DNA from: Myxococcota bacterium
Lineage (GTDB): Bacteria; Myxococcota; SpSt-1050
Assembly (NCBI GenBank): GCA_049969675.1
Contig: JBMFOP010000022.1
Coordinates: forward strand, 1-34,024
Length of the DNA stretch: 34,024 nt
Direction: 5' to 3'
This document shows positions 8,700 through 18,025 of this stretch, in pieces. Below the pieces are notes generated by a model, which did not search any database, had not been told where the DNA came from, and saw only the letters and a program-made list of their open reading frames with translations. The number at the start of each line of letters is the position of its first letter. Position 1 is the stretch's first letter. The position numbers and the translations under genes were made by a program.

Positions 8700-9038
8700 A
8701 TGGGTCAGGAAGAGAAGAGAGCTCATACAAGAGTGCCGATAGATATCTGGGTAGAAGAATCCAGAGATGGGGAGCTGTATTATCAGCGAACTGCCAATAT
8801 CAGTGAAGGTGGCCTATTCTTTGAGAGAACCGTACCTCATCCCAAAGGTACAATTGTAAATCTAAAATTTACCCTGCCAAACCAGACTGAACCGATAAAG
8901 GTGAAGGGGGAGATTGTAAATCTACCGAATGATGCCGAGGGGTTGGGAATGGGGATAAAATTTCTTGATCTGACAGATGAGCAGAAGAATGCTATACTCA
9001 ATTATATAAATGAACAGATTAAAAAAGGAGAAAAATGA
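8700..9038 (+). CDS. PilZ domain protein (myxobacterial TIGR02266-like)
   Basis: True start ATG 8700 (GGAGG RBS; the longer ORF would overlap the tRNA); RxxxR (RAHTR), NISEGGLF, GMGIKF motifs. Confidence 0.9.
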   Translation: MGQEEKRAHTRVPIDIWVEESRDGELYYQRTANISEGGLFFERTVPHPKGTIVNLKFTLPNQTEPIKVKGEIVNLPNDAEGLGMGIKFLDLTDEQKNAILNYINEQIKKGEK

Positions 9039-10549
9039 TGAAAAGATATATATTCCTTTCCCTTCTCCTGATATTGATTGTGAACTGTCAGTGTGATGAT
9101 TCAAGTATTGGTGAACTAAGATCAAAACTCGTAGTAATTATCAATAATAAGGAAGTAACTGACTCATTTGACTTCGGAGAGATTACAGTTACAAAGGAGT
9201 TGTCTGCGGATGTCCAGCTAAAGAATGAGGGCGAGACTGAGATAGTTATATCCTCAATAACGATTAAAGAGCAGACTGATGTATTCAGGGTAGACCCAAT
9301 GGATAAGATGAGTGGCTTTAAAGATGGTAAGATATCCCTCCTATCAAATTCCACTCTATCTTTTAAAATCTATTTCAGGCCTGTAAGACCTGCTCCACCG
9401 ATTGATGAAGGGACCTTAATAATCTCTTCAAACTTAAAAGATACCCCCGAACGAGCAGTCAAACTAACAGGGAGAGGGATTAAGGCATCTATTGAGATAA
9501 GTCCAATTGATATTATAGATTTTGGAAAGGTAGATGTTTATTCAAAGGCCACAAAGGATGTAGTGGTTAAGAATACAGGGACAGATATTCTAATTATAAA
9601 CTCTGCAAAATATTCTGCAAATGGGAACTCCACAGATATATATCTCAACTCCAATCCATCTGTCCCACTGGAATTGAATCCCAATAAAGAGGCGACATTT
9701 ACTCTTGTCTATGTGCCGACGGATATTGGAGAGGATAATGGGACACTGACTTTTGAGAGTAATTCAAAAGACCTGCCAAAGGTAGATATTTTAGTAAAAG
9801 GAGAAGGTGTCTCTCCATTGATTAAGATTGACCCACCTACCATTGATTTTGGCGGCGTGGAGGTAAATCAGTCCTCTTCAAGAGATTTTATTGTATATAA
9901 CAACGGGAATAAAGATCTAATTATTTATAAATTGGACTTTGCTGAACTATCAAGTAAGTATCTGAGTGTGACCGAGCCAGATACTGAGAAGGTTTTAGCA
10001 CCACAGAGCTCAACAAAATATACAGTAACCTTTGCCCCTAAGGAAAAAGAGGGGGCTATTGATAGCAAACTTCAAATACATTGTAATGACCCACAACTTG
10101 TGGATAGAGATGCAGATAATCATTTCATCGCCTATCTAAACATCAAGAGCCGTACCCCATTCCCAAAGATTGATGTAACCGGAGCGGTGACGATTCAACT
10201 CGGTTGTAAATCTCCTTACGACTCAACTGATCCAAACTGCTCCTCAGGATGTACAACGACAACAAATTGTTGTTGTTTTGATTACAACGGTTTTGTCATC
10301 AGGAATGTAGGTGATGCACCTCTTACAGTGACAAGAGTAGAATTGACTGATAATGGTAACGGTATGATAGAGATGGAAGTAGCTAAATCACCTCCTTTTA
10401 CTCTTGGGAATAATGAGACCACAACACTCACCATCAGATATAAGCCCACCAGTTTTGGGCAGCACAGAGGGAAACTGGTAATAGAGTCTAACGACCCAAA
10501 TGAGCCAGTAGTTGAAGTATCTATTGTTGCTTCATCATTTCAAAAATAA
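9035..10549 (+). CDS. secreted/lipoprotein with four choice-of-anchor-D (ASH-like Ig) repeats
   Basis: Signal peptide ending NCQC; repeated DFG.V...+.N.G...L.I and F.P...G.L.I.SN units. Confidence 0.85.
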   Translation: MMKRYIFLSLLLILIVNCQCDDSSIGELRSKLVVIINNKEVTDSFDFGEITVTKELSADVQLKNEGETEIVISSITIKEQTDVFRVDPMDKMSGFKDGKISLLSNSTLSFKIYFRPVRPAPPIDEGTLIISSNLKDTPERAVKLTGRGIKASIEISPIDIIDFGKVDVYSKATKDVVVKNTGTDILIINSAKYSANGNSTDIYLNSNPSVPLELNPNKEATFTLVYVPTDIGEDNGTLTFESNSKDLPKVDILVKGEGVSPLIKIDPPTIDFGGVEVNQSSSRDFIVYNNGNKDLIIYKLDFAELSSKYLSVTEPDTEKVLAPQSSTKYTVTFAPKEKEGAIDSKLQIHCNDPQLVDRDADNHFIAYLNIKSRTPFPKIDVTGAVTIQLGCKSPYDSTDPNCSSGCTTTTNCCCFDYNGFVIRNVGDAPLTVTRVELTDNGNGMIEMEVAKSPPFTLGNNETTTLTIRYKPTSFGQHRGKLVIESNDPNEPVVEVSIVASSFQK

Positions 10550-10556
10550 TTCAGTT

Positions 10557-11594
10557 ATGTCTTCAGCCGAAATTATAGAAAAGATAAATGAACTAAAAAG
10601 TCGTTTTAATAAAGACCTGATAATACTGACTCATCATTATCAGAGACCTGAGATTGTATCTGTCGGGGACGAAGTTGGGGATTCCTACATCCTTTGCAAA
10701 AAGGCTTATGGATCGCAGGCAAAATATATTGTTTTTTGTGGTGTGCGATTTATGGCTGAGAGTGCTGAGATCTTAAGAAATGACTATCAGATGGTATTTC
10801 ACCCCGAACCTTTTTCGGGCTGCCCAATGGCAGATATGGCTGAATCGGAGGATGTAATAAGGGCATTTGAGGAGCTGGATGAGGTCTGGGGGAAAAATTC
10901 ATACACACCTATTGTATATATGAATAGTTCAGCCGAAGTAAAGTCTCTTGCCGGAATGCGAGATGGGATAATATGCACATCCTCAAATGCTGCAAAGATT
11001 ATTTCATATATCTTCAATAAAGGTAAGAAGGTAATATTTATCCCTGATGAATATCTTGGTTTTAATACATATAAGAGACTCTCAAATGACCTTTCTGAGC
11101 TCTCTTACTGGGATTATTCACTTCCTTATGGGGGAAATAGACCAGAGGAACTAAGATATAAGAGATATCTCATCTGGAAAGGTTATTGCCACGTCCATTC
11201 ATTTTTTAATGCAGAGCATATAAAAAATGCACGTAGAGAATTTAAGGATTGCAAAATTGTAGTTCACCCCGAGTGCAGACCAGAAGTGGTAGATCTTGCA
11301 GACGCTGTTGGTTCAACTGAATTTATTGTAAATTATGTAAAAGATTCCCCTAAGGGTACGACGATTGTGATTGGTACAGAACTAAATCTTGTAAGGAGAC
11401 TTGCCTCAACATATAAGGATAAGGTTGTAGTGGAGCTTGCAAGGTCAATGTGTCCAAATATGTTTAAGATTACCTTAAATAAACTCAAGATGACTCTTGA
11501 AAGATTACCCGAACTCAATAGAGTCATAATACCCGATAATGTTAAGGAATATTCCAGACTGGCATTAAAGAGGATGCTCGATATAGTTGGTTAA
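10557..11594 (+). CDS. nadA: quinolinate synthase A
   Basis: HHYQ, GDS, FCGVRFMAE, GCPMA, YMNS, CTSSNA, GYCHVH, HPEC, GST, CPNM; start placed at ATG 10557. Confidence 0.96.
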   Translation: MSSAEIIEKINELKSRFNKDLIILTHHYQRPEIVSVGDEVGDSYILCKKAYGSQAKYIVFCGVRFMAESAEILRNDYQMVFHPEPFSGCPMADMAESEDVIRAFEELDEVWGKNSYTPIVYMNSSAEVKSLAGMRDGIICTSSNAAKIISYIFNKGKKVIFIPDEYLGFNTYKRLSNDLSELSYWDYSLPYGGNRPEELRYKRYLIWKGYCHVHSFFNAEHIKNARREFKDCKIVVHPECRPEVVDLADAVGSTEFIVNYVKDSPKGTTIVIGTELNLVRRLASTYKDKVVVELARSMCPNMFKITLNKLKMTLERLPELNRVIIPDNVKEYSRLALKRMLDIVG

Positions 11595-11793
11595 TCTACC
11601 ATAAACTTATAATCAAATTAATGAGCAAACAGTCGGAATTAAAATTATAATTCTCTCCCTTTTATACACGCATATATATTAAGCCTAACTTCCCAATTTT
11701 TAAGTAATATGATGGTGCTTTTTTTTATCAATCTCCTCGTTTGTCTGGCTACTTCAAAAAAGATACCGCTTCCCCATTTTTAGAGAGGAAAAC

Positions 11794-13107
11794 TTATGCC
11801 ATAAAGATATTTTTATATTTATGTCTGAATCCTTCGGTAGCGTTTCTGGTATCAATCAGAATCTTTACATTGCGGGCAACATATTCATAATCCACATTAG
11901 AGTGGTCTGTTGTAATTATTGCCGCATCAATTGACTTCAAAAAATCCTCTGTAAGATTCACCGAATTCATCTTCAAATTATGTGCACGAAGTCTTGGAAA
12001 TTTTGGAAAATATTTATCATGGTAGTATACCTGAGCCCCCTTCTCCCTGAGTATCTCAATAATCCTGATGGCTGGAGATTCCCTCATATCATCTATATCC
12101 CTCTTGTATGAAACTCCAAGAATGAGAATCTTACTATTTAAAAGCGGTTTTTGATGAATATTCAGTGCCTCAGCAGTCTTCTCCACAACATAATAAGGCA
12201 TAGATGTATTTATCTCACCTGAGAGTTCAATAAATCTTGTCGCGACTTCAAACTCCCTTGCCTTCCATGTTAGATAAAATGGGTCAATAGGAATGCAATG
12301 CCCACCGAGTCCGGGACCAGGATAGAATGGCTGAAATCCAAACGGCTTGGTGGATGCCGCCTTTATTACCTCCCATATATCTATTCCCATCTTCTGACAT
12401 ACAATCTTTAGTTCATTCACAAGCGCAATATTTACACCTCTATATGTATTTTCCAGAATCTTTGTCATCTCTGCCACGCGTGTATCAGATACACTCACTA
12501 CTCTGGAAAAGCCTATGCTGTAGATTCTGGATGCAACCTCTGTACACGCCTTTGTATGCCCACCAACTACCTTTGGAATCATTGCAGTATGAAACTTCTT
12601 ATTGCCCGGGTCCTCACGTTCAGGGGAGAAAGATACAAAAATATCTCTGCCTACTTTATATCCCATCTTCTCAAGGGGAATTACAATCTCCTCTATGGTC
12701 GTCCCCGGATATGTGGTGCTCTCAAGGGAGATACACATATTCTTATGAACATAAGGTAGTATACTTTTTACTGTCTCTTTTATAAATGAGATATCGGGCT
12801 CTCTATTTTTATTAAGTGGAGTCGGGACACAGATAGAGATATGGTCCACCATCCTCACCTTTGAGAAATCATAAGTAGGAATAAATCTTCTTGCATCCAC
12901 ATAACTCTTAATATCAATATTCTGGAGGTGCTTTATATATATCCTACCCCTCCTTAACATCTCAATCTTCGCTCTATCAATATCAAAACCTACAACCTTA
13001 ATACCATTTTTAAGGAATACATCACAGAGTGGGAGACCAACATATCCAAGTCCGATTACACCTACCACAAGCGATTTATTCTCTATCTTTTTGAATATCT
13101 CTTTCAT
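11794..13107 (-). CDS. UDP-N-acetyl-hexosamine 6-dehydrogenase (WbpA/TviB-like nucleotide sugar dehydrogenase)
   Basis: GLGYVG, CVPTP, LESTTYPG, SPEREDPG, GGHCIPIDP, DMRESP; start ATG 13107 follows GGAGGT. Confidence 0.93.
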   Translation of the reverse strand: MKEIFKKIENKSLVVGVIGLGYVGLPLCDVFLKNGIKVVGFDIDRAKIEMLRRGRIYIKHLQNIDIKSYVDARRFIPTYDFSKVRMVDHISICVPTPLNKNREPDISFIKETVKSILPYVHKNMCISLESTTYPGTTIEEIVIPLEKMGYKVGRDIFVSFSPEREDPGNKKFHTAMIPKVVGGHTKACTEVASRIYSIGFSRVVSVSDTRVAEMTKILENTYRGVNIALVNELKIVCQKMGIDIWEVIKAASTKPFGFQPFYPGPGLGGHCIPIDPFYLTWKAREFEVATRFIELSGEINTSMPYYVVEKTAEALNIHQKPLLNSKILILGVSYKRDIDDMRESPAIRIIEILREKGAQVYYHDKYFPKFPRLRAHNLKMNSVNLTEDFLKSIDAAIITTDHSNVDYEYVARNVKILIDTRNATEGFRHKYKNIFMA

Positions 13108-13525
13108 AAGACCTCCAATAAATCTCCCCAACTTATACATTCATTAATATATATTTCAATTAAAAAACTTTGCTCTTCTCACATTTAATGAATATCCCTG
13201 CTGTCCAAAATATCTTTTTGATATTAAGCCTCGGTAGGGTAAAATTATTTTATCAAACAAAGATAATGAAATTTGCTTCCTATGAATAGCTATAACAGTA
13301 TTCTTTGGATAAATCTATGATTGGCGAAAGTAAATTCTACAGATATTTTCAAAGGATGAGTTCTATAATGTAGTGAGATAGAGGAAAGCAGAAGCAGGAA
13401 TAAAGCAATTTAGTTATTGGGGACAAATAAGAAAATAAAATGATTTATATACTTATTTAGTAGGGGTATAAGATAAAGAAGTTGGTTTTTACCTTCATAA
13501 TGTCAATGTCTTTTGGCTCTTTATA

Positions 13526-13620
13526 TGGGTATATTGCACCCCATGGGGGGTGGACACATCAGATTAGTAGAGGTAAGATAGAAAATAAGGAGGAGCAGTT
13601 ATGAAAAGAAGGAAGTGGAA
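13526..13620 (+). mobile_element. probable IS3-family left-end relic (IRL-like sequence, promoter, RBS and first codons of orfA)
   Basis: TTGCACCCCATGGGGGGTGGACAC resembles IS3/IS150-group IRs (TGCACCCC...TGGACA); TGGACA-N17-TAAGAT; TAAGGAGG; ATG 13601 gives MKRRKW, then diverges and stops at 13663. Confidence 0.55.
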
Positions 13621-13655
13621 GAGAGGTTGGGTTTTTTATGCGAGATTTTATTCAA

Positions 13656-14225
13656 TTATTTAAGACTATTTTCTGCAAAGGCTATCCCAAAACCGATAAA
13701 GACAGCACGAGCCAATGTAGTCCTTATCAGGTCTCCGGTCTTAAAAGATAAATTTTCTAACATAGGCATAACCCTTCGTAATATGTTGAGTTCAATTCCA
13801 GCGACTTTGTCTATCAACATCTCAACAGCTGGCTCTTTGTCCAGAAGGTTGTTGAATGCCAGACTCTTTGGATTAGGTGATTGTGGAACAACTGTATCGT
13901 TGTATTCATTCATCAATGTGGGATTATAGACTATACCTTTTTTTGGCTTCCTCGTTATATCTGCCATTTTCTGGTAAGAGACAAAGATGAGGTATCCAGA
14001 GAATATAGAGTTTCCAATAGCCCTTATTATTTTATCACTATCTTCTTTTGAGAGTTTATTTAGTTCTTCTGCCTCTTCAAATAACTTCTCTTCAAGTTGA
14101 TAATTAAATTGGTCTATAGCTGAATTAACTCCATCCTCAATCGTGGCATCAAGTTCTTTTGCCTCCTCTTGTGTGAGTGCATTAAGTCTGTCCCATTCGC
14201 GGGCTATATCCTTGTACATAAACAT
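13656..14225 (-). CDS. hypothetical helical protein
   Basis: 189-aa ORF with a strong TAAGGAGGTG RBS before ATG 14225; no recognised motif. Confidence 0.8.
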   Translation of the reverse strand: MFMYKDIAREWDRLNALTQEEAKELDATIEDGVNSAIDQFNYQLEEKLFEEAEELNKLSKEDSDKIIRAIGNSIFSGYLIFVSYQKMADITRKPKKGIVYNPTLMNEYNDTVVPQSPNPKSLAFNNLLDKEPAVEMLIDKVAGIELNILRRVMPMLENLSFKTGDLIRTTLARAVFIGFGIAFAENSLK

Positions 14226-14304
14226 CAAAACACCTCCTTATTTGTGTCGGTGGGTATTTTAGTCTCATTTGATTTATATTATGTCAAGCAAAATATATTT
14301 TAGA

Positions 14305-14332
14305 TTGACTTCAAAGGCTTAAGGAATATAAT
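14305..14332 (+). promoter_or_regulatory. sigma70-type promoter of the phosphatase gene
   Basis: TTGACT-N16-TATAAT upstream of GAGGTG RBS and ATG 14353. Confidence 0.6.
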
Positions 14333-14352
14333 TTGATAATATGAGGTGATGA

Positions 14353-15972
14353 ATGCAGAAAATTTTTATTCTATCTATAATATTTCTTTTTTATATACCG
14401 GTGGTTTATTCAGCACCTAAATATCTGAGATTATCTTATACCGATGATACCTCTACCACCATCAATATTACATGGAATACAGATGCAGATACTGATACAG
14501 TAGTTAGATTTGGTAAGCAGTCAAAAAATTATACTCAGAGAGTGAATGGGACATCATTTAAGGCAAATGACGCACTAAATTATATTCATGAAGTGAAGTT
14601 GACCGTACTTGAACCTTCTACCACTTATTATTACATAGCGGGGAGTGATACCGATGGATTTTCAAATGAGAGTAGCTTCACAACCGGTCCCATTCAGGAT
14701 GAAAATTGTGCTACATTCTCTTTTGGTTATCTCGGCGATAACAGGCCGGATCCAACATTCGGTGGTGGAGAAAATTGGCCACAGATACTTGACCAGTGTG
14801 CCGCTCACAACCCCGACTTTATCATCAATGGTGGAGACCTCGTAATAGATGGTGATAAGATTGATCAGTGGATAAAATTTCTTGGCTGGACTGAGAAGGT
14901 GGCAAGCAGGATTCCATTTATGCCTACAATAGGTAACCATGATGATGGTCCCGGAAGCGGTGATGCCGCCAATTATAATCAGATATTTGCACTACCAAGG
15001 TCTTCAGGTAATTATGGAAGCAATACCGAGGATTATTATTATTTTACTTATGGCAATGCAATTTTCATCTCTATTTCTACTCAAACATTCAGGGATGGGA
15101 CCATCCCATTTGAGAGACAGGCAAGGTGGCTGGATGAAGTACTTACTCATAATCCGAGAAAGTGGAAATTTGTATATTTTCATCATCCGATTTATACAAA
15201 GAATGTGGTCTTTGATATAAGTCATCCCCCAAATGAGGTGAATCAGAATGCAGCACTCGTTCCAGTCTTTGATAAACACCATATTGATATAGTATTTACG
15301 AGCCATAATCACTGGTATGAACGTTATGAACCTTCTGCCTGCGCAAATGCAGGAAAGCCTTCATCAGATAATCCCTGTTCTGTGGGTGCAAATAATTTTG
15401 ATAAAGGCACTGTCTATGTTGTATCCGGTGGAGCAGGTGCCTTTACGATTCCAGCAGTTCTCTGCGGGATGCAGGCCGGACGGGTAAAATGTTCGGGTGA
15501 CCATCATTACATCATAATAACGATTAAAAATGAGACTCTAACTTTTGAGGCATATTCTGCATATCCTCAGCAAAATAAATTGATGGATTCATTTACTATC
15601 ACCAAAGCAAAGAACAATTGTGTCTTATCCCCTGATGCGGGTTATGAAGATGTCAGTGAGGATATAAGAACCGATGCCGAAACTATAGATATTGGCACAA
15701 TTGATATTCTGGATACCTCTTATACTGATTCAAACTTATCTGATATTATCTTTCAGAAGGATGAGGTTTTTTATGAGGATATCCCTGATTTCGCTCTTTA
15801 CGATAATATTGCAGAAGATTTAGAAGAAGTTGATACAAAGACATTTGATACGATTGAAAAAACAGATATAATCACGCAGGATATAATTGGCGGTGATATT
15901 CTTATAAAAGGAGATGAGGCGATGGGCGGTGCTGAGGAGTCAAAAGGATGCGGGTGCAATGTATTGGAATAA
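14353..15972 (+). CDS. secreted purple acid phosphatase-family metallophosphoesterase (FN3-like N-domain, acidic linker, GCGC tail)
   Basis: Signal peptide; ITW.T / LEPSTTYYY FN3-like domain; GDNR, GDLV, GNHD, FHHP, SHNHWYER motifs; Asp-rich C-terminus ending SKGCGCNVLE. Confidence 0.9.
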   Translation: MQKIFILSIIFLFYIPVVYSAPKYLRLSYTDDTSTTINITWNTDADTDTVVRFGKQSKNYTQRVNGTSFKANDALNYIHEVKLTVLEPSTTYYYIAGSDTDGFSNESSFTTGPIQDENCATFSFGYLGDNRPDPTFGGGENWPQILDQCAAHNPDFIINGGDLVIDGDKIDQWIKFLGWTEKVASRIPFMPTIGNHDDGPGSGDAANYNQIFALPRSSGNYGSNTEDYYYFTYGNAIFISISTQTFRDGTIPFERQARWLDEVLTHNPRKWKFVYFHHPIYTKNVVFDISHPPNEVNQNAALVPVFDKHHIDIVFTSHNHWYERYEPSACANAGKPSSDNPCSVGANNFDKGTVYVVSGGAGAFTIPAVLCGMQAGRVKCSGDHHYIIITIKNETLTFEAYSAYPQQNKLMDSFTITKAKNNCVLSPDAGYEDVSEDIRTDAETIDIGTIDILDTSYTDSNLSDIIFQKDEVFYEDIPDFALYDNIAEDLEEVDTKTFDTIEKTDIITQDIIGGDILIKGDEAMGGAEESKGCGCNVLE

Positions 15973-16333
15973 TAAAAGGTTTAGATATCTATTTACAATA
16001 GTAATTGTTTTACCTCTTTTCTCCTGCACAAAGAAGCAGGAAGAGGATATATGTCATAAGATGCAGATGATGGCAGAGAGATGTGAACCAGAAATACTTG
16101 CAATAATAAAAGGCGATATGAATAATGATGAGAGAGAGGGATGGGTGGCACCTGATTATCAAATGATTGAGAGTAGAATAAAGAAGAAGATCTCCCAGAA
16201 GCAGGGGGAGAAGCAGTGTGCTAAATTTCGTGATTCAAAAGAGCCAGAGCAAAAGAGGAGATATCAGGTGATTAAAGATTGCACACAGAGTAAGAATTGC
16301 AAAGATTTTGCAGATTGTATAATTACATTCTAA
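15959..16333 (+). CDS. small Cys-rich lipoprotein
   Basis: Start ATG 15959; basic N-region, hydrophobic core, lipobox LFSC; six further Cys (CHK..C; C..C...C..FADC). Confidence 0.75.
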   Translation: MYWNNKRFRYLFTIVIVLPLFSCTKKQEEDICHKMQMMAERCEPEILAIIKGDMNNDEREGWVAPDYQMIESRIKKKISQKQGEKQCAKFRDSKEPEQKRRYQVIKDCTQSKNCKDFADCIITF

Positions 16334-16411
16334 TTTTTTCACTGCATAATTTGAGTCTATTTTTTGAAAAATCTTTAAATTGTGATATATTAATTTTTGT
16401 TGAGGTATAGT

Positions 16412-17122
16412 ATGCCTTTGACCGCTGAAGAGATAAGAAAGAATATCAAGGAGATTCAGACACGAATAGAGAATGCCTGTAAAAGGTCTAAGAGGGATTA
16501 CGAATCCGTTCGTCTGATCGCTGTAAGTAAGGGTGTAAGAGTAGAACAGATATTGGTGGCTTATGAATCCGGGATTAAGGACTTTGGGGAGAATTATGTT
16601 CAGGAGATGCAGGAGAAGATTGAGCTGCTCCCAAAAGATATAAAATGGCATTTCATAGGGCATCTTCAGACAAATAAGATTAAGCACCTTTTAGGGAAGG
16701 TAAATCTGATTCAGACAGTTTATAAGATGGAGCATTTACTTGAGATAGAGAAGCGATACAAAGGGGATGAGTCTGTCCAGAATCTACTGCTTGAGGTAAA
16801 TATAGGGAATGAGCCTACCAAATCAGGGATAAGGGCTGAGGACGCCACTGGACTGGTCAAAAACTCACTCAATTTCTGTCGGTTGAGGATTATTGGTCTT
16901 ATGTGTATTCCACCAATATCAGAAGTGGAGAGGGTCAGAGAGTATTTCAAAAACTTGCGTTTTCTCAAAGATTGTATTAATAATAGTCTTGGAAAGGAAT
17001 TATTGAGTGAACTCTCAATGGGTATGAGTTCGGATTTTGAAGTGGCAATAGAGGAAGGTGCTACCATGGTAAGGGTTGGCACTGCAATCTTTGGAGAACG
17101 AGTTAGAGGAGGTATAAAATGA
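16412..17122 (+). CDS. yggS: pyridoxal phosphate homeostasis protein YggS
   Basis: IAVSK, FGENYVQE, WHFIGHLQTNK, GLMCIPP, LSMGMSSDF, VRVGTAIFG; start ATG 16412 after GAGG. Confidence 0.96.
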   Translation: MPLTAEEIRKNIKEIQTRIENACKRSKRDYESVRLIAVSKGVRVEQILVAYESGIKDFGENYVQEMQEKIELLPKDIKWHFIGHLQTNKIKHLLGKVNLIQTVYKMEHLLEIEKRYKGDESVQNLLLEVNIGNEPTKSGIRAEDATGLVKNSLNFCRLRIIGLMCIPPISEVERVREYFKNLRFLKDCINNSLGKELLSELSMGMSSDFEVAIEEGATMVRVGTAIFGERVRGGIK

Positions 17123-17667
17123 AGATAAGTCCCATTGATATCAGGGAGTCAAGATTCAAGACGGCATTCAGGGGGTATGATAGAAAAGATGTAGAGGCAT
17201 TCCTCACAATGGTTGCCAGAGATTTTGAGAATCTCTTAAAGGAGAATAATGAATTAAAGGAGACCATCACAAGGTTAAACAATCAGATTGAGGAATTTAA
17301 GACAAGGGAGTCATCATTGAGAGAGGCGGTAATCGCCGCTCAAAAGGTGGCTCAGGAGATGAAAGAGGCGGCGAAGAAGGAGGCAGATATCATATTATCA
17401 AAGGCAGAATTTCAGGCAGATAAGATTATTGAAAATGCCAACAGGAGGGTAACCGAGCTCTTAAAGGATATCTCAGAATTAAAGAGGCAGAAGGTGGAAT
17501 TTATAAGTAGATTACAGTCATTACTTGAAAGTCACCATAAGCTTCTTGTAGTTCAGAAAGAGGATGATAGCATTATGAGAGAATCAAACATTGCAATATT
17601 TGAGGCGAAATATAACAATAGTGATAAAGAGAATGAATTTTCTAAAAAGAAAGATATGGAGAAGTAG
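17119..17667 (+). CDS. divIVA: DivIVA domain protein
   Basis: ISPIDIRESRFKTAFRGYDRKDVEAFL followed by coiled coil AQKVAQEMKEAAKKEA. Confidence 0.93.
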   Translation: MKISPIDIRESRFKTAFRGYDRKDVEAFLTMVARDFENLLKENNELKETITRLNNQIEEFKTRESSLREAVIAAQKVAQEMKEAAKKEADIILSKAEFQADKIIENANRRVTELLKDISELKRQKVEFISRLQSLLESHHKLLVVQKEDDSIMRESNIAIFEAKYNNSDKENEFSKKKDMEK

Positions 17668-18018
17668 ATGAACGAATATATTTCAAATTGTAGGGACGGA
17701 ATTATCTTGAGAGTTATACTTCATCCGAGGGCTAATAAGAATGGGATTGTGGGTGTTTATAGAGATATGCTCAAGATTCAGGTTACTGCACCGCCTGTGG
17801 ATGATTCTGCAAATGAGATGTTAATTGACTTCCTATCAGATTTTCTAAAGATCCCCAAATCCAGTATAAAGATAACTATTGGCAAAACCTCAAGACAAAA
17901 GATATTAAAGATTGAATCTGATAAATATGAAAGGATAAAATCAAAGATAGAGAAGGAGATAACTCCCGACTTATCCAGACCCAGGGTTCCAAAGAATGAA
18001 GAATTTGATCTGGAGTAG
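17668..18018 (+). CDS. yggU: DUF167/YggU family protein
   Basis: V.P.A.KN.I, APPVD..AN, I..G.TSRQK motifs. Confidence 0.88.
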   Translation: MNEYISNCRDGIILRVILHPRANKNGIVGVYRDMLKIQVTAPPVDDSANEMLIDFLSDFLKIPKSSIKITIGKTSRQKILKIESDKYERIKSKIEKEITPDLSRPRVPKNEEFDLE

Positions 18019-18025
18019 ATAGATT

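Noticed and set aside
13615..13929. 104-aa plus-strand ORF as a transposase continuation
   Set aside because: Different frame from ATG 13601, antisense to the 189-aa gene, and no HTH or DDE character.
15940..16030. Programmed frameshift supplying a TM helix to the GCGC tail from the overlapping ORF
   Set aside because: The overlapping segment has basic-hydrophobic-lipobox order, i.e. a normal N-terminal signal peptide, and no slippery site is evident.
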